The notes under the pieces are model-generated. The model was not told where the DNA came from, did no database searches, and saw nothing but the letters and a program-made list of their open reading frames with translations. A DNA stretch of 64,000 nucleotides from IMG/VR virus record IMGVR_UViG_3300031949_000026. The stretch is one strand, 5' to 3'. Shown here in pieces: positions 55,629-63,555 of the stretch (positions are counted from its first letter, which is position 1; every line of letters begins with the position of its first letter). The position numbers and the translations under genes are program-made. Origin of the DNA: an uncultured virus (IMG/VR IMGVR_UViG_3300031949_000026) (taxonomy: Duplodnaviria > Heunggongvirae > Uroviricota > Caudoviricetes).

Positions 55629-56735
55629 CTAGAACCGCTCCGGCATCGACGACCGGGCGAACTCGTCGAAGGCTTCTCCGATCCCCGAGGGCTGCATCTC
55701 GACCCGATCCGTCTGGGTTTCGGTGAGATACGCGCCCATCGTGGCGTCTTCGCCTTCGCGAGCCGTCAGGAACGTCTCCGCCCCCGCGGGCGTGAGGTAC
55801 GTCTCCATGATTCCCGCGGGCTGGATGTACTCGATCATCCCCTCGGCTCCGGCGGCCGGGAGATACTCCTGCACACCTCCGCCGCCGCGGAGTTCCTTGA
55901 GGACTTCCTTCTCGATCGCCTTGCGGAACTCCTCCGTCTCGGGCGCTTCGCCCAGAGTCGGGATGAACTCCTTCGCGCTATCGGGGAGCGCCTCGGAGAG
56001 CACCTGCCAGAGGGTCGCGAGCAAGCCGCCCGCCAGGAACCGGGTCGTCATGTTCCGGTTCTTGGTGGCGATGCCCATGAACGCCGTTCCGAGGATCGTC
56101 GAGCCGAGCATCGTCCCGACGCGGCCGATGCCCGATTCCCCGAGCGACGGGATCACCTTCTTGTAGAGCAGACGGCCGCCCACGGCGACCCCGCCGAAGC
56201 CCAGACCCGTGTGGAACAGGGCTTCGAGCGTGTCCATCGAGAAGGCGTCCTGGAGCGCCGCCTTGATCGCGCCGATCGGATCGGCCGACAGACGGACCGC
56301 CCTCGCCGGGTTCCGCCGGTAGTACCGGCGGCGCGGGTTGTGCCGGGCGTAGCGGCGGCGACGGCGCGGCGCGTTGCCCGGGTTGTGCCGGACCCGCCGC
56401 CGACGCCGGTAGCTCCGCGGGAAGCGGTAGCCCCTGATCTGTCCGCGACGGCGGCCCTTCCTGCGGCGCTTGGCGTACTTCGTGATCTTCCTCCAGCGGC
56501 GGCCGACCTTGACGAAGCCGCTCGGATTCCGGCTCCGGCGACGACGCCGGACCGTGCCCTTGGACCGCCGCGAAACAAACCGGCCGCTCGCGGAGCGGGC
56601 GGTCCGACGCCGCCTGACGCGACGGCGCGTGATGGTTTTCGCCATCTTGATCCTCCTTGCCCGTCGTGCGGGCGACTTGCGAACCGACCGGGGAACATCC
56701 CCGACCGGGTTTGCGAAAATCAATGCTCCGATCAT
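55629..56735 (-). CDS. Arg-rich core/DNA-condensing membrane protein candidate
   Basis: protamine-like N-half with five NP motifs; hydrophobic helices; acidic repeats; second start at 56645 with AAGGAGG. Confidence 0.7.
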   Translation of the reverse strand: MIGALIFANPVGDVPRSVRKSPARRARRIKMAKTITRRRVRRRRTARSASGRFVSRRSKGTVRRRRRSRNPSGFVKVGRRWRKITKYAKRRRKGRRRGQIRGYRFPRSYRRRRRVRHNPGNAPRRRRRYARHNPRRRYYRRNPARAVRLSADPIGAIKAALQDAFSMDTLEALFHTGLGFGGVAVGGRLLYKKVIPSLGESGIGRVGTMLGSTILGTAFMGIATKNRNMTTRFLAGGLLATLWQVLSEALPDSAKEFIPTLGEAPETEEFRKAIEKEVLKELRGGGGVQEYLPAAGAEGMIEYIQPAGIMETYLTPAGAETFLTAREGEDATMGAYLTETQTDRVEMQPSGIGEAFDEFARSSMPERF

Positions 56736-56738
56736 TTG

Positions 56739-59432
56739 CTACCCCCGCATCCAGTCCCCGGTCTTCTGACCGGGACCCATGACCTTGACGATCACCTTCC
56801 CGCCGCTCGCGGCGAGGACCGGAACCGGGCGGGGACGGCCGGAGCCGTCGCCCCACTCGTGCCGGTACATATGCCGCCCCTTCCGGGAGCCCTTCGGCGG
56901 CTTGTACATCGTCTCGGGACTGTCGCCGTAGTGGGCGAACGAGGTCAACATCTCGATCTTCTTCGCGGAGCCGATCGGCAGCGTCTTCCAGATGACGAAA
57001 TGGGGCTTCTTGTTCGCCTTCGTCTGGAGCCGCTCGGCCTCCTCGAACTGCCGCAGAAGTTCCGGGTTCCCGAGCTTCCGCACCCAGGCGCGGGCGCGCT
57101 CGATCGGAATCTTCTGGCCCTCGCGGAACGGGATGCGGACCGAGCCGGGATTCCCGACGACCCGCTTGGTCTGCTTCGTGACGGTCTCCGTGACCCGGAC
57201 CGGCTTCCCGGCGCGGCGCGGATTCGAGCGGGAATGGTTCTCCTGCCACGAACGCATGAGCGCGCCCCGCGCGGAGTCGGTGAGACCCGCCCACGACGGG
57301 GCCGCCGCGAGCGCCCAGGCGTAGTCGTCCGGAAACCCGGCGAACTCAAGCGCCGCGTGCCGCTGACGGCGCGTGAGCGAGGGCCACTTCCGGTCGATCG
57401 GCGGGTTTGCGAGGAGCACGGTCTGGAGGAGCGGGTTCGGCCGGACGGATTCCGGTCCATACTTGCGGATCACGTCCTCGGCCATCGCCGCGCGTCCCGT
57501 GTAGAAGCCTCGACGCTCTCCACGGAAACTCCGAGCACGATAAGCGTCGTTCGCGGCATCGGTCGCAAGCTGACCGCTTTCCCCGCGTGTAAGAGGGTTC
57601 CCGCGGGTCCATCCTCCTCCGCCCTTCTGGATATGAGAGATGGCCCTCTTCACGATCGCAGGCTTCGCGATGGTGAGCACTTCCCCGTCCCTCGCCTGCG
57701 CCCAGACGAAGGCGTTCCGAAGCAGCGAGGCGACCTTTCCTTCCAGGCCGCCCGGAACCTTGTAGGCGCGGACCGATCCATTCGGAATCGGCTGTCCGTA
57801 TTCGCCGCGCTTGGGCTTGTAGATACCGACCTCTCCGAGAATTTTCGTCTTCTTCGTGAGAAGGGTCGAAGAACCCATCGCACGGACCGACGACATGAGG
57901 AGGAAGACCGGCCGCCAGCCGGTCGTCACCGAGACCGTGCCGCTCGCGACGTGACCGAAGTCGTCCACCCAGATTCGCTTCCCGTTTTCGTAGTAGGGAA
58001 TGAAGCGTGGATCGAGTTCGGAGTCGTCGAACTTCGATCCGTGCTGCGCCTTCGCGCGCGCGAGGAGATCCTGATACGATCGACGCTCCCGGCCGGAGGC
58101 ATAAGGATTGTCGCAGGTCGAAGGGTTCGAGCAGCAATTCTCCCGCGCCGGAACCCGGTAGCCCGCCTTGCGCGCCATCGAGTAGGCGATCGCGATCGCC
58201 TGCTGCTGCGGGTAGCCCTCACGAACGAGCATCCCGATCTTCCCGGAGATGAAGCTCTGCGCGTCGGCGCTCGCCGGGTTCCCGCGCGCGCCGGTCTTGC
58301 TCGCGGCGTACCCGCGGACGAAGCACCACGCCTCCTTGAGGCCGCGCGCGGTGTAGATGCCGTCGCCCCCGTGGTAGTCGGTCGGCTTCGTGAAGAAGCG
58401 GTAGCGCGTCATGCCGTCGCCGGGAGCCCAGGTCTCGATGTGGAGCCCGAGCGACTTCGCAAACTCGTCGAGCCCCCTACGACCCTCGCCGGGAGCGTTG
58501 CGGAACACCGCGGCTTCCGCCCGCTTGATCGTCGCCCCCTGGCGCATATCGAGAGGTCCGAACTCGGCCACCCCATCGGCGTAGCCGTAGGCGCGTCCTT
58601 TATAGTGGGCGGCGAGCCGACCGCTACGCTGTTGACCGGCGGAGACCATCGAGCCCAGCGCCATCGTGAGCGCCCGATCCGCCTCACGGCGCGTGAGCGG
58701 ATTCGAGACCGGGCCGATCAGCCGGTCGTAGTTCCCGAGTTCCGCTTCGGCCTCGAAGCTGTCGCGGAACATTCTGGCTGCGACCTCCCGGGTCGCCCTG
58801 TTGAACATGGTGTCGATCCGGGGAATGTCGTGGGGACGCTCCGAGGAGACGACGTACTCTTTGATGTACTTCTTCGCTCCGCTCTCCATGAGGTACATGA
58901 AGAGCGTGACGGCCTTCTCCCGATCGTAAACGCCCTTGCGCCGCTTGAGCATGAGGTTCTTGACGATCGGAATGAACTGCTGACGATAGAGATCCGCGTC
59001 GTTCTCGATGAAGATTGCAAGCTCCCGAGCGGCGTCGGCGTCGGCCGGACCGGAGGGCGCGTTGTTGAAGGCGAAGACGTTCTTACGCGCCTTACCGTTC
59101 GGCCATGCGAAATCCGCGTTCGGCTCGGGGCTGCCTTCGTTGTTGAAGGCGAAAATGTTCCGGCGCGCGCCGTTCGGCTTCGCGATCAGGCCCATTTCCT
59201 CGGCATAGCCGATGACGGACCGCTTCAACTCCACACCACGCTTGAAGAATCCATCCCCGAACATCTGACGGGCGTCGTCGTCCCACCACTCCGCGATCGT
59301 CCTCTGACCTCTCTTTTTGTCGCTGATACGGATGTGCAGCCGATCGCGCTCCTCCCAGACATTGACATCGACCTCCGCCCGAGTGAGGAGACGGCGCGGG
59401 TTATTGAAGGCGAAGACGTTTTTCCGGCTCAT
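56739..59432 (-). CDS. large mosaic NP-punctuated protein (polyprotein candidate)
   Basis: ATGA overlap at 59432; three R[KR]N[VI]FAFNN repeats; 11 NP dipeptides between modules. Confidence 0.75.
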   Translation of the reverse strand: MSRKNVFAFNNPRRLLTRAEVDVNVWEERDRLHIRISDKKRGQRTIAEWWDDDARQMFGDGFFKRGVELKRSVIGYAEEMGLIAKPNGARRNIFAFNNEGSPEPNADFAWPNGKARKNVFAFNNAPSGPADADAARELAIFIENDADLYRQQFIPIVKNLMLKRRKGVYDREKAVTLFMYLMESGAKKYIKEYVVSSERPHDIPRIDTMFNRATREVAARMFRDSFEAEAELGNYDRLIGPVSNPLTRREADRALTMALGSMVSAGQQRSGRLAAHYKGRAYGYADGVAEFGPLDMRQGATIKRAEAAVFRNAPGEGRRGLDEFAKSLGLHIETWAPGDGMTRYRFFTKPTDYHGGDGIYTARGLKEAWCFVRGYAASKTGARGNPASADAQSFISGKIGMLVREGYPQQQAIAIAYSMARKAGYRVPARENCCSNPSTCDNPYASGRERRSYQDLLARAKAQHGSKFDDSELDPRFIPYYENGKRIWVDDFGHVASGTVSVTTGWRPVFLLMSSVRAMGSSTLLTKKTKILGEVGIYKPKRGEYGQPIPNGSVRAYKVPGGLEGKVASLLRNAFVWAQARDGEVLTIAKPAIVKRAISHIQKGGGGWTRGNPLTRGESGQLATDAANDAYRARSFRGERRGFYTGRAAMAEDVIRKYGPESVRPNPLLQTVLLANPPIDRKWPSLTRRQRHAALEFAGFPDDYAWALAAAPSWAGLTDSARGALMRSWQENHSRSNPRRAGKPVRVTETVTKQTKRVVGNPGSVRIPFREGQKIPIERARAWVRKLGNPELLRQFEEAERLQTKANKKPHFVIWKTLPIGSAKKIEMLTSFAHYGDSPETMYKPPKGSRKGRHMYRHEWGDGSGRPRPVPVLAASGGKVIVKVMGPGQKTGDWMRG

Positions 59433-59737
59433 GCCGCGACCCTCCGACGCATCGGGACATAGGGCCAACCCGCCGGGTTCCGGCGCGCGCCGCGGGACGC
59501 GAAGTGCGAGCCGATCGCGGCGGCGACCGCCGCGCCCGCGACGAGGGCCAGGACGACCGCCAGCCCGAACTTCGGGAGCACGTCTTCGACCATGACTTTC
59601 CTGATCGTCGGCTCCGCCGCTTCCGAGGCCGACGCCACGATCTCCTTCATGCGGGGCAGGAGCGCCGCGGTGATCTTGTCCGCGATCGGCATGATCGCGG
59701 CCGAGAGCGCATCCTGTCCCATGCCGTAGTGCTGCAC
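59429..59737 (-). CDS. small membrane protein with GMGQ and RRNP motifs
   Basis: GTG start; HYGMGQD...TM...ARRNP. Confidence 0.65.
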   Translation of the reverse strand: MQHYGMGQDALSAAIMPIADKITAALLPRMKEIVASASEAAEPTIRKVMVEDVLPKFGLAVVLALVAGAAVAAAIGSHFASRGARRNPAGWPYVPMRRRVAA

Positions 59738-59739
59738 GT

Positions 59740-61251
59740 CTATCTCCGGCCCCTGCTCCTGCTCCTGGACTTGAAGAGGACGTAGCCCGCGGCGAGGGCC
59801 GTCACACCCGAGCCGAGCCAGAACCAGGGACTCGACAGGATCGACTTCGACGAGACGGGCATCATCTGGACCTGTGCGACCGGAGCGCCCGCGACCTTGT
59901 TCGTGGCGTTGGCGACGGCCGCCGCGTACTTCGCCTCGACCTTCGCCGTCACGACGGCTCCGGCGACCTTCGCCGCCTCCGCGAGCGCCCCCGTCACCGT
60001 GTTGAGGACGGAGTTCCCGGCGTCGGTCGCCGCCTTCGCGGGCTCCGAATCGAGGCTCGTGACGAGCGTGGACTTCCACTCCTCGCCTTCCGCCCCCATC
60101 CCCGCGGGGACCCGCGTCGGGTTCTGCATGACGACCACCGCGCGGCGGCGGATTCCCATCGGCTGTTCCATCACGATCCTCACTTGTCTCTCGGGGGTCC
60201 CGGGCTGCTGCTCCTGGACGGTGGGACCGGCCTTCCAGAACCGGCGCACGTCGCGTCCGAGGTTCCCGTTCCAGGGAGAGCCCGGCGGATACGGCTGGTT
60301 TTCGATCTTGGTGTAGGGCTGGTCCCCTCTCCTGTAGTAGGGAGGGCCGTGATCGTCCGGCTGCCCCTTGAGGTGGACGATCCGGCGCGACGGGTTTTTC
60401 CCCTTCGACGCCTTGATGTACTTGAGACCCGGCTGGAGATCCGACTCGGGAATCTCCGTGTCGTGCGGCGGGAGAAGCTGCATGTTCGCCGCGTCGGAGA
60501 CGGGGATGAGTCCCTCGGCCCCGTCCGGCCCGAACGACTTGGGGATGCCGTAGCCGTACTCCTCGGACGGATAGAACTCTTCCTGTGGATTGGACGTGAC
60601 GACATCCTCGACCTCCTGGCCGAGGCCGTTCCGGTGGAAGCCGTTGAGCCCGCTCATGCCCTTCCCTCCGACCACATCTTCGATCGGTCCCTCGGGCCAA
60701 CGCGCGAAAAGTTCCGGAGCGACAGGCGGCCTCCAACCGGGCTTCGCGCTGGCCGTCGAAGGATCGAGCGCGTACCAGTCGCCGTTGACTCGGGCCGCGA
60801 CCCAGACGTGGGAAAACTCGTCGGGGCGCTGGAGATCGACCTTGGCCGTCTCCCACGCATACTGAAATCCGAGAATGCCCAGGAGCGCCGCCGTGTAGAC
60901 GCCCGCGATCGTATCGCAGTCCCCCACGAAAAGACCGGGGCCTTTGTACTTCTTCGCCACCCGAGCTTCGATGATCGGCTGCATCGCGGCGATCGGATGC
61001 TCGATCTTCTCGATCTGGAACGGATCACGCTGGAAGATGCCGTGTTTCTTGATCCACCAAAAGATCGCGTCGAGGACGGCCGTCGTGGACGCGCGCCGGT
61101 CGCTCGGAACCTGTAGCCTGATCCAGGTCGCGATCCGCTGCATCGTCTTGTCGAGCTTCCCGAGCGCGACGAGCCGGTGCATCTTATCCAGGGTCTTTTT
61201 CGTCCCCCGGACGCCGCGCTCAAGACCTTCGATCGTGGACTGTTCGCGCAC
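59740..61251 (-). CDS. transglutaminase-like (Cys-His-Asp) protease with C-terminal membrane anchor
   Basis: GDCD, FSHVW, WYALDPS triad; GMSGLNG, NGLGQ and AGMGA; SPWFW-TM-basic tail. Confidence 0.8.
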   Translation of the reverse strand: MREQSTIEGLERGVRGTKKTLDKMHRLVALGKLDKTMQRIATWIRLQVPSDRRASTTAVLDAIFWWIKKHGIFQRDPFQIEKIEHPIAAMQPIIEARVAKKYKGPGLFVGDCDTIAGVYTAALLGILGFQYAWETAKVDLQRPDEFSHVWVAARVNGDWYALDPSTASAKPGWRPPVAPELFARWPEGPIEDVVGGKGMSGLNGFHRNGLGQEVEDVVTSNPQEEFYPSEEYGYGIPKSFGPDGAEGLIPVSDAANMQLLPPHDTEIPESDLQPGLKYIKASKGKNPSRRIVHLKGQPDDHGPPYYRRGDQPYTKIENQPYPPGSPWNGNLGRDVRRFWKAGPTVQEQQPGTPERQVRIVMEQPMGIRRRAVVVMQNPTRVPAGMGAEGEEWKSTLVTSLDSEPAKAATDAGNSVLNTVTGALAEAAKVAGAVVTAKVEAKYAAAVANATNKVAGAPVAQVQMMPVSSKSILSSPWFWLGSGVTALAAGYVLFKSRSRSRGRR

Positions 61252-61262
61252 ACGTTAGTCCG

Positions 61263-61301
61263 AAAAAAAAGAGGACCCCGTGCAATGAGCACGAGGCCCC
61301 C
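61263..61301 (-). terminator. intrinsic terminator immediately upstream of the protease gene
   Basis: minus strand GGGGGCCTCGTGC-tcatt-GCACGGGGTCCTC-T8. Confidence 0.75.
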
Positions 61302-61383
61302 AAGAAGAAGAAGTCGAGTGGCGATAGGACAGAGCCATACGGTTCCTCGTTGCAAGGCCGTACAGCCCCTTGAGCGGGCTCTT

Positions 61384-61587
61384 CTATGCCTTCCGGGTAT
61401 TGCCGATCACGCTGACGGTCGGGACGCTGCTCTTGAACCGAACCTCAAGGATCGCACCGCACTTTCCGGAGTCTCGGCGGTTTCCCTTGCAGTTCACTTG
61501 AGCCGTCCCCTCATACGCCCCGCGCATCACCCAACTCCCGCACATCGGGCACAGGATGACGACGCCTTCGACCGTCTCTTCGGCCAT
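61384..61587 (-). CDS. Com-like small zinc-finger regulator
   Basis: ILCPMCG...QVNCK...KCGAI. Confidence 0.55.
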   Translation of the reverse strand: MAEETVEGVVILCPMCGSWVMRGAYEGTAQVNCKGNRRDSGKCGAILEVRFKSSVPTVSVIGNTRKA

Positions 61588-61593
61588 TTAAGC

Positions 61594-61618
61594 AAAAAGC
61601 CGCGAGTTTCCTCGCGGC
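61594..61618 (-). terminator. terminator-like hairpin upstream of the zinc-finger gene
   Basis: minus strand GCCGCGAG-gaaa-CTCGCGGC-T5. Confidence 0.6.
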
Positions 61619-61660
61619 CCTTCCATCCCTGAACGGATGCTGCTGCCGTCTTCGATGCTA

Positions 61661-61692
61661 ACTATAACACAGAAACGACGATCAGGTGTCAA
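61661..61692 (-). promoter_or_regulatory. candidate promoter for the virion operon
   Basis: extended -10 TGtTATAGT (61669-61661); TTGACA lies 20 nt upstream (non-canonical spacing). Confidence 0.45.
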
Positions 61693-61742
61693 GTATTAAA
61701 TGATGATGGTGTCCTAGCTTGAATCCTACCGTTGAAAGATCC

Positions 61743-62021
61743 CTAGGGAGCTTTGTAGCGTTTCTTTACTTCGTCTAGGATGAAAGTCTTATTGGACCCT
61801 TCCGCATCGACCATATCGACGATCCCGTTTTCGTGAAGGGCATCGACCCAGGCTTTGTCGCGTTTCTCGATTACTTCTTTACTGTTCTTAGAGATCGCTT
61901 CAAGGGCACCGTCCAGCGCCTTCCTCGCCTTCCACATCTCTACGCTGGCGTGGATGGCGCAAGCTGACGGAGGGTGGGGAACATCGTCCTTGTACTCCAT
62001 GTCGCAAGTCGGACAGTTCAT
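61743..62021 (-). CDS. hypothetical protein (cassette 3)
   Basis: CPTC..H...C; between repeats. Confidence 0.6.
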   Translation of the reverse strand: MNCPTCDMEYKDDVPHPPSACAIHASVEMWKARKALDGALEAISKNSKEVIEKRDKAWVDALHENGIVDMVDAEGSNKTFILDEVKKRYKAP

Positions 62022-62028
62022 GGCAATC

Positions 62029-62217
62029 CTACCGTTGGAAGAGTTTTGCTGAAAGCGCCTTCGCGCCAGCCTGCGTGATCCTCACTGGACCAAAGATCCA
62101 CCAGCGCCGACGGGCCCACCCACGACGAACAAGCTCCTCGGCAACCGTCACGAACCTTTCGCAAGGAGAGTCCCAAGTCCCCTTCTGCACGAGGTAGAGG
62201 AGGTAGGTCATCATCAT
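62029..62217 (-). CDS. small hypothetical protein (cassette 2)
   Basis: between repeats. Confidence 0.55.
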   Translation of the reverse strand: MMMTYLLYLVQKGTWDSPCERFVTVAEELVRRGWARRRWWIFGPVRITQAGAKALSAKLFQR

Positions 62218-62241
62218 GCCGTTAATCGTACCGTTGATAGA

Positions 62242-62496
62242 TTAGCTGGGAACAGCCAGCGTCGCCTGAAGATCCATCCAGACCTTCACGCAACGCCACC
62301 TCCCAAACTCTTCGGGTTTCTCGTCGTACAGGGCGTCGATGGCTTTCTTTAGCGCGGCCTTAGCATTGAAGACGATGCCGTGCCATCTCCACGACGTCCC
62401 ATCGATCGGACGCCCTTGTTCGTTGAACTTCATGAAGTCCACGACCCAGAAGGAGTCGGGCCAGTCCTCCGAGTCTGCCAGCGTCTCTTCCTTCAT
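62242..62496 (-). CDS. hypothetical protein (cassette 1)
   Basis: between repeats. Confidence 0.6.
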   Translation of the reverse strand: MKEETLADSEDWPDSFWVVDFMKFNEQGRPIDGTSWRWHGIVFNAKAALKKAIDALYDEKPEEFGRWRCVKVWMDLQATLAVPS

Positions 62497-62551
62497 CTCG
62501 ACCCTCTCAATCTTACGTTGGATAGATCCCTAGGGACTACTCCAATCACAA

Positions 62552-62851
62552 TCACGTTCCCGGCCTCCGGTAGAGCGATCCCGCCCGGATCGCCTGCGCG
62601 AACTTCGGGAGATCCTGCCGGAGCGCCTGCATCTCCATCTGGAGCGCCCCGTTGACTTCGATCGTATCGTCGAGCGCGGAGATGAGTCCCTCGTCCTTCC
62701 GCGTGATCGCGTCGAAGAGAAGCGCCGTCATCTCCGTCTGCTTCTGGACGGCCTCCGTAAGCTTGGAGACGGACTTCTGGAGACTGTCGAGGCACCTCAA
62801 AAACTGGCCGAAGCGTTCCTGCTGCTTCCGAGAGACCTCCTCTTCCGTCAT
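62552..62851 (-). CDS. coiled-coil protein
   Basis: ATGA coupling; heptads. Confidence 0.6.
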   Translation of the reverse strand: MTEEEVSRKQQERFGQFLRCLDSLQKSVSKLTEAVQKQTEMTALLFDAITRKDEGLISALDDTIEVNGALQMEMQALRQDLPKFAQAIRAGSLYRRPGT

Positions 62852-63555
62852 CGACAATGCCCCCTGTACAGGAACCCGAGTTCGTCGCCGCGGAAGCCGT
62901 CGAAGTACGCCACGCGGACACCGCTCGTGTCGGCGCAGTAATTGAAGGAGACCTGATCGCGCTTCGACCCGGAAGCAAGTTCCCGCCACCAATAGGCGTT
63001 GAACTCCGCCACCTTCGGCGTATGCCGTCGAAGGAGAATCCCGGTCTCCGCAAGACCGGCGTTCGCGGGGTAGCCGCGACCGCGATACTTTTCCAATTGG
63101 GAGCTAACGACCCCAGGATCGTCCTTCCCACAGTCGATCGCGAACTGGCCGCCTTCGTAGGTGCAGGAGAACATGAAGTGCCTGCACACGGCGATGTCGG
63201 CCTCCGCAAGATATTTTTTCACGAGACCCGGGACGTCCACCTTGTCGAGCGTGAACGCGGCATCGACCCAGAGGGAATACTCGTAACGGTGGACCGGGTT
63301 GCACGGGAGATGGGAATTCAGCTTCCAGAAGCGGGCGCGGCGCGTGTCGTCGAGGCTTCCCCACGAAACGTCGGGGGGAATGACCGCGGGCACGAAGCCG
63401 TTCGCCCGGCCGTGGAACCAGCGGGGCGGCCCCCCGGGGAAGTCCGTCGCCAGGAACACGTCGTAGTCTCCCGGCTTCGGACGGTCGTAATGATCGTGAG
63501 CGCCGAACAAGGCCGTGTACACGGCGATTTTATTTTTGAGGATGCCGTAGCTCAT
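62848..63555 (-). CDS. DUF616 / TOD1-MUCI70-like glycosyltransferase
   Basis: VYTALFG..D, RFWK, YSLWVDA, SKRDQVSFNY. Confidence 0.8.
   Translation of the reverse strand: MSYGILKNKIAVYTALFGAHDHYDRPKPGDYDVFLATDFPGGPPRWFHGRANGFVPAVIPPDVSWGSLDDTRRARFWKLNSHLPCNPVHRYEYSLWVDAAFTLDKVDVPGLVKKYLAEADIAVCRHFMFSCTYEGGQFAIDCGKDDPGVVSSQLEKYRGRGYPANAGLAETGILLRRHTPKVAEFNAYWWRELASGSKRDQVSFNYCADTSGVRVAYFDGFRGDELGFLYRGHCR

Larger units (their letters stand above)
61722..62535. repeat. four degenerate ~20-bp direct repeats separating three small genes
   Basis: AATCnTAC(C)GTTG..AGA at 61722, 62025, 62224 and 62509. Confidence 0.75.

Noticed and set aside
55545..59462. 1305-aa plus-strand ORF
   Set aside because: Antisense shadow of minus-strand genes that have RBSs and coupled starts; expected with high GC3; no motifs
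61722..62535. CRISPR array
   Set aside because: Repeats are degenerate, spacers are 180-280 bp and protein-coding, and no cas genes are present
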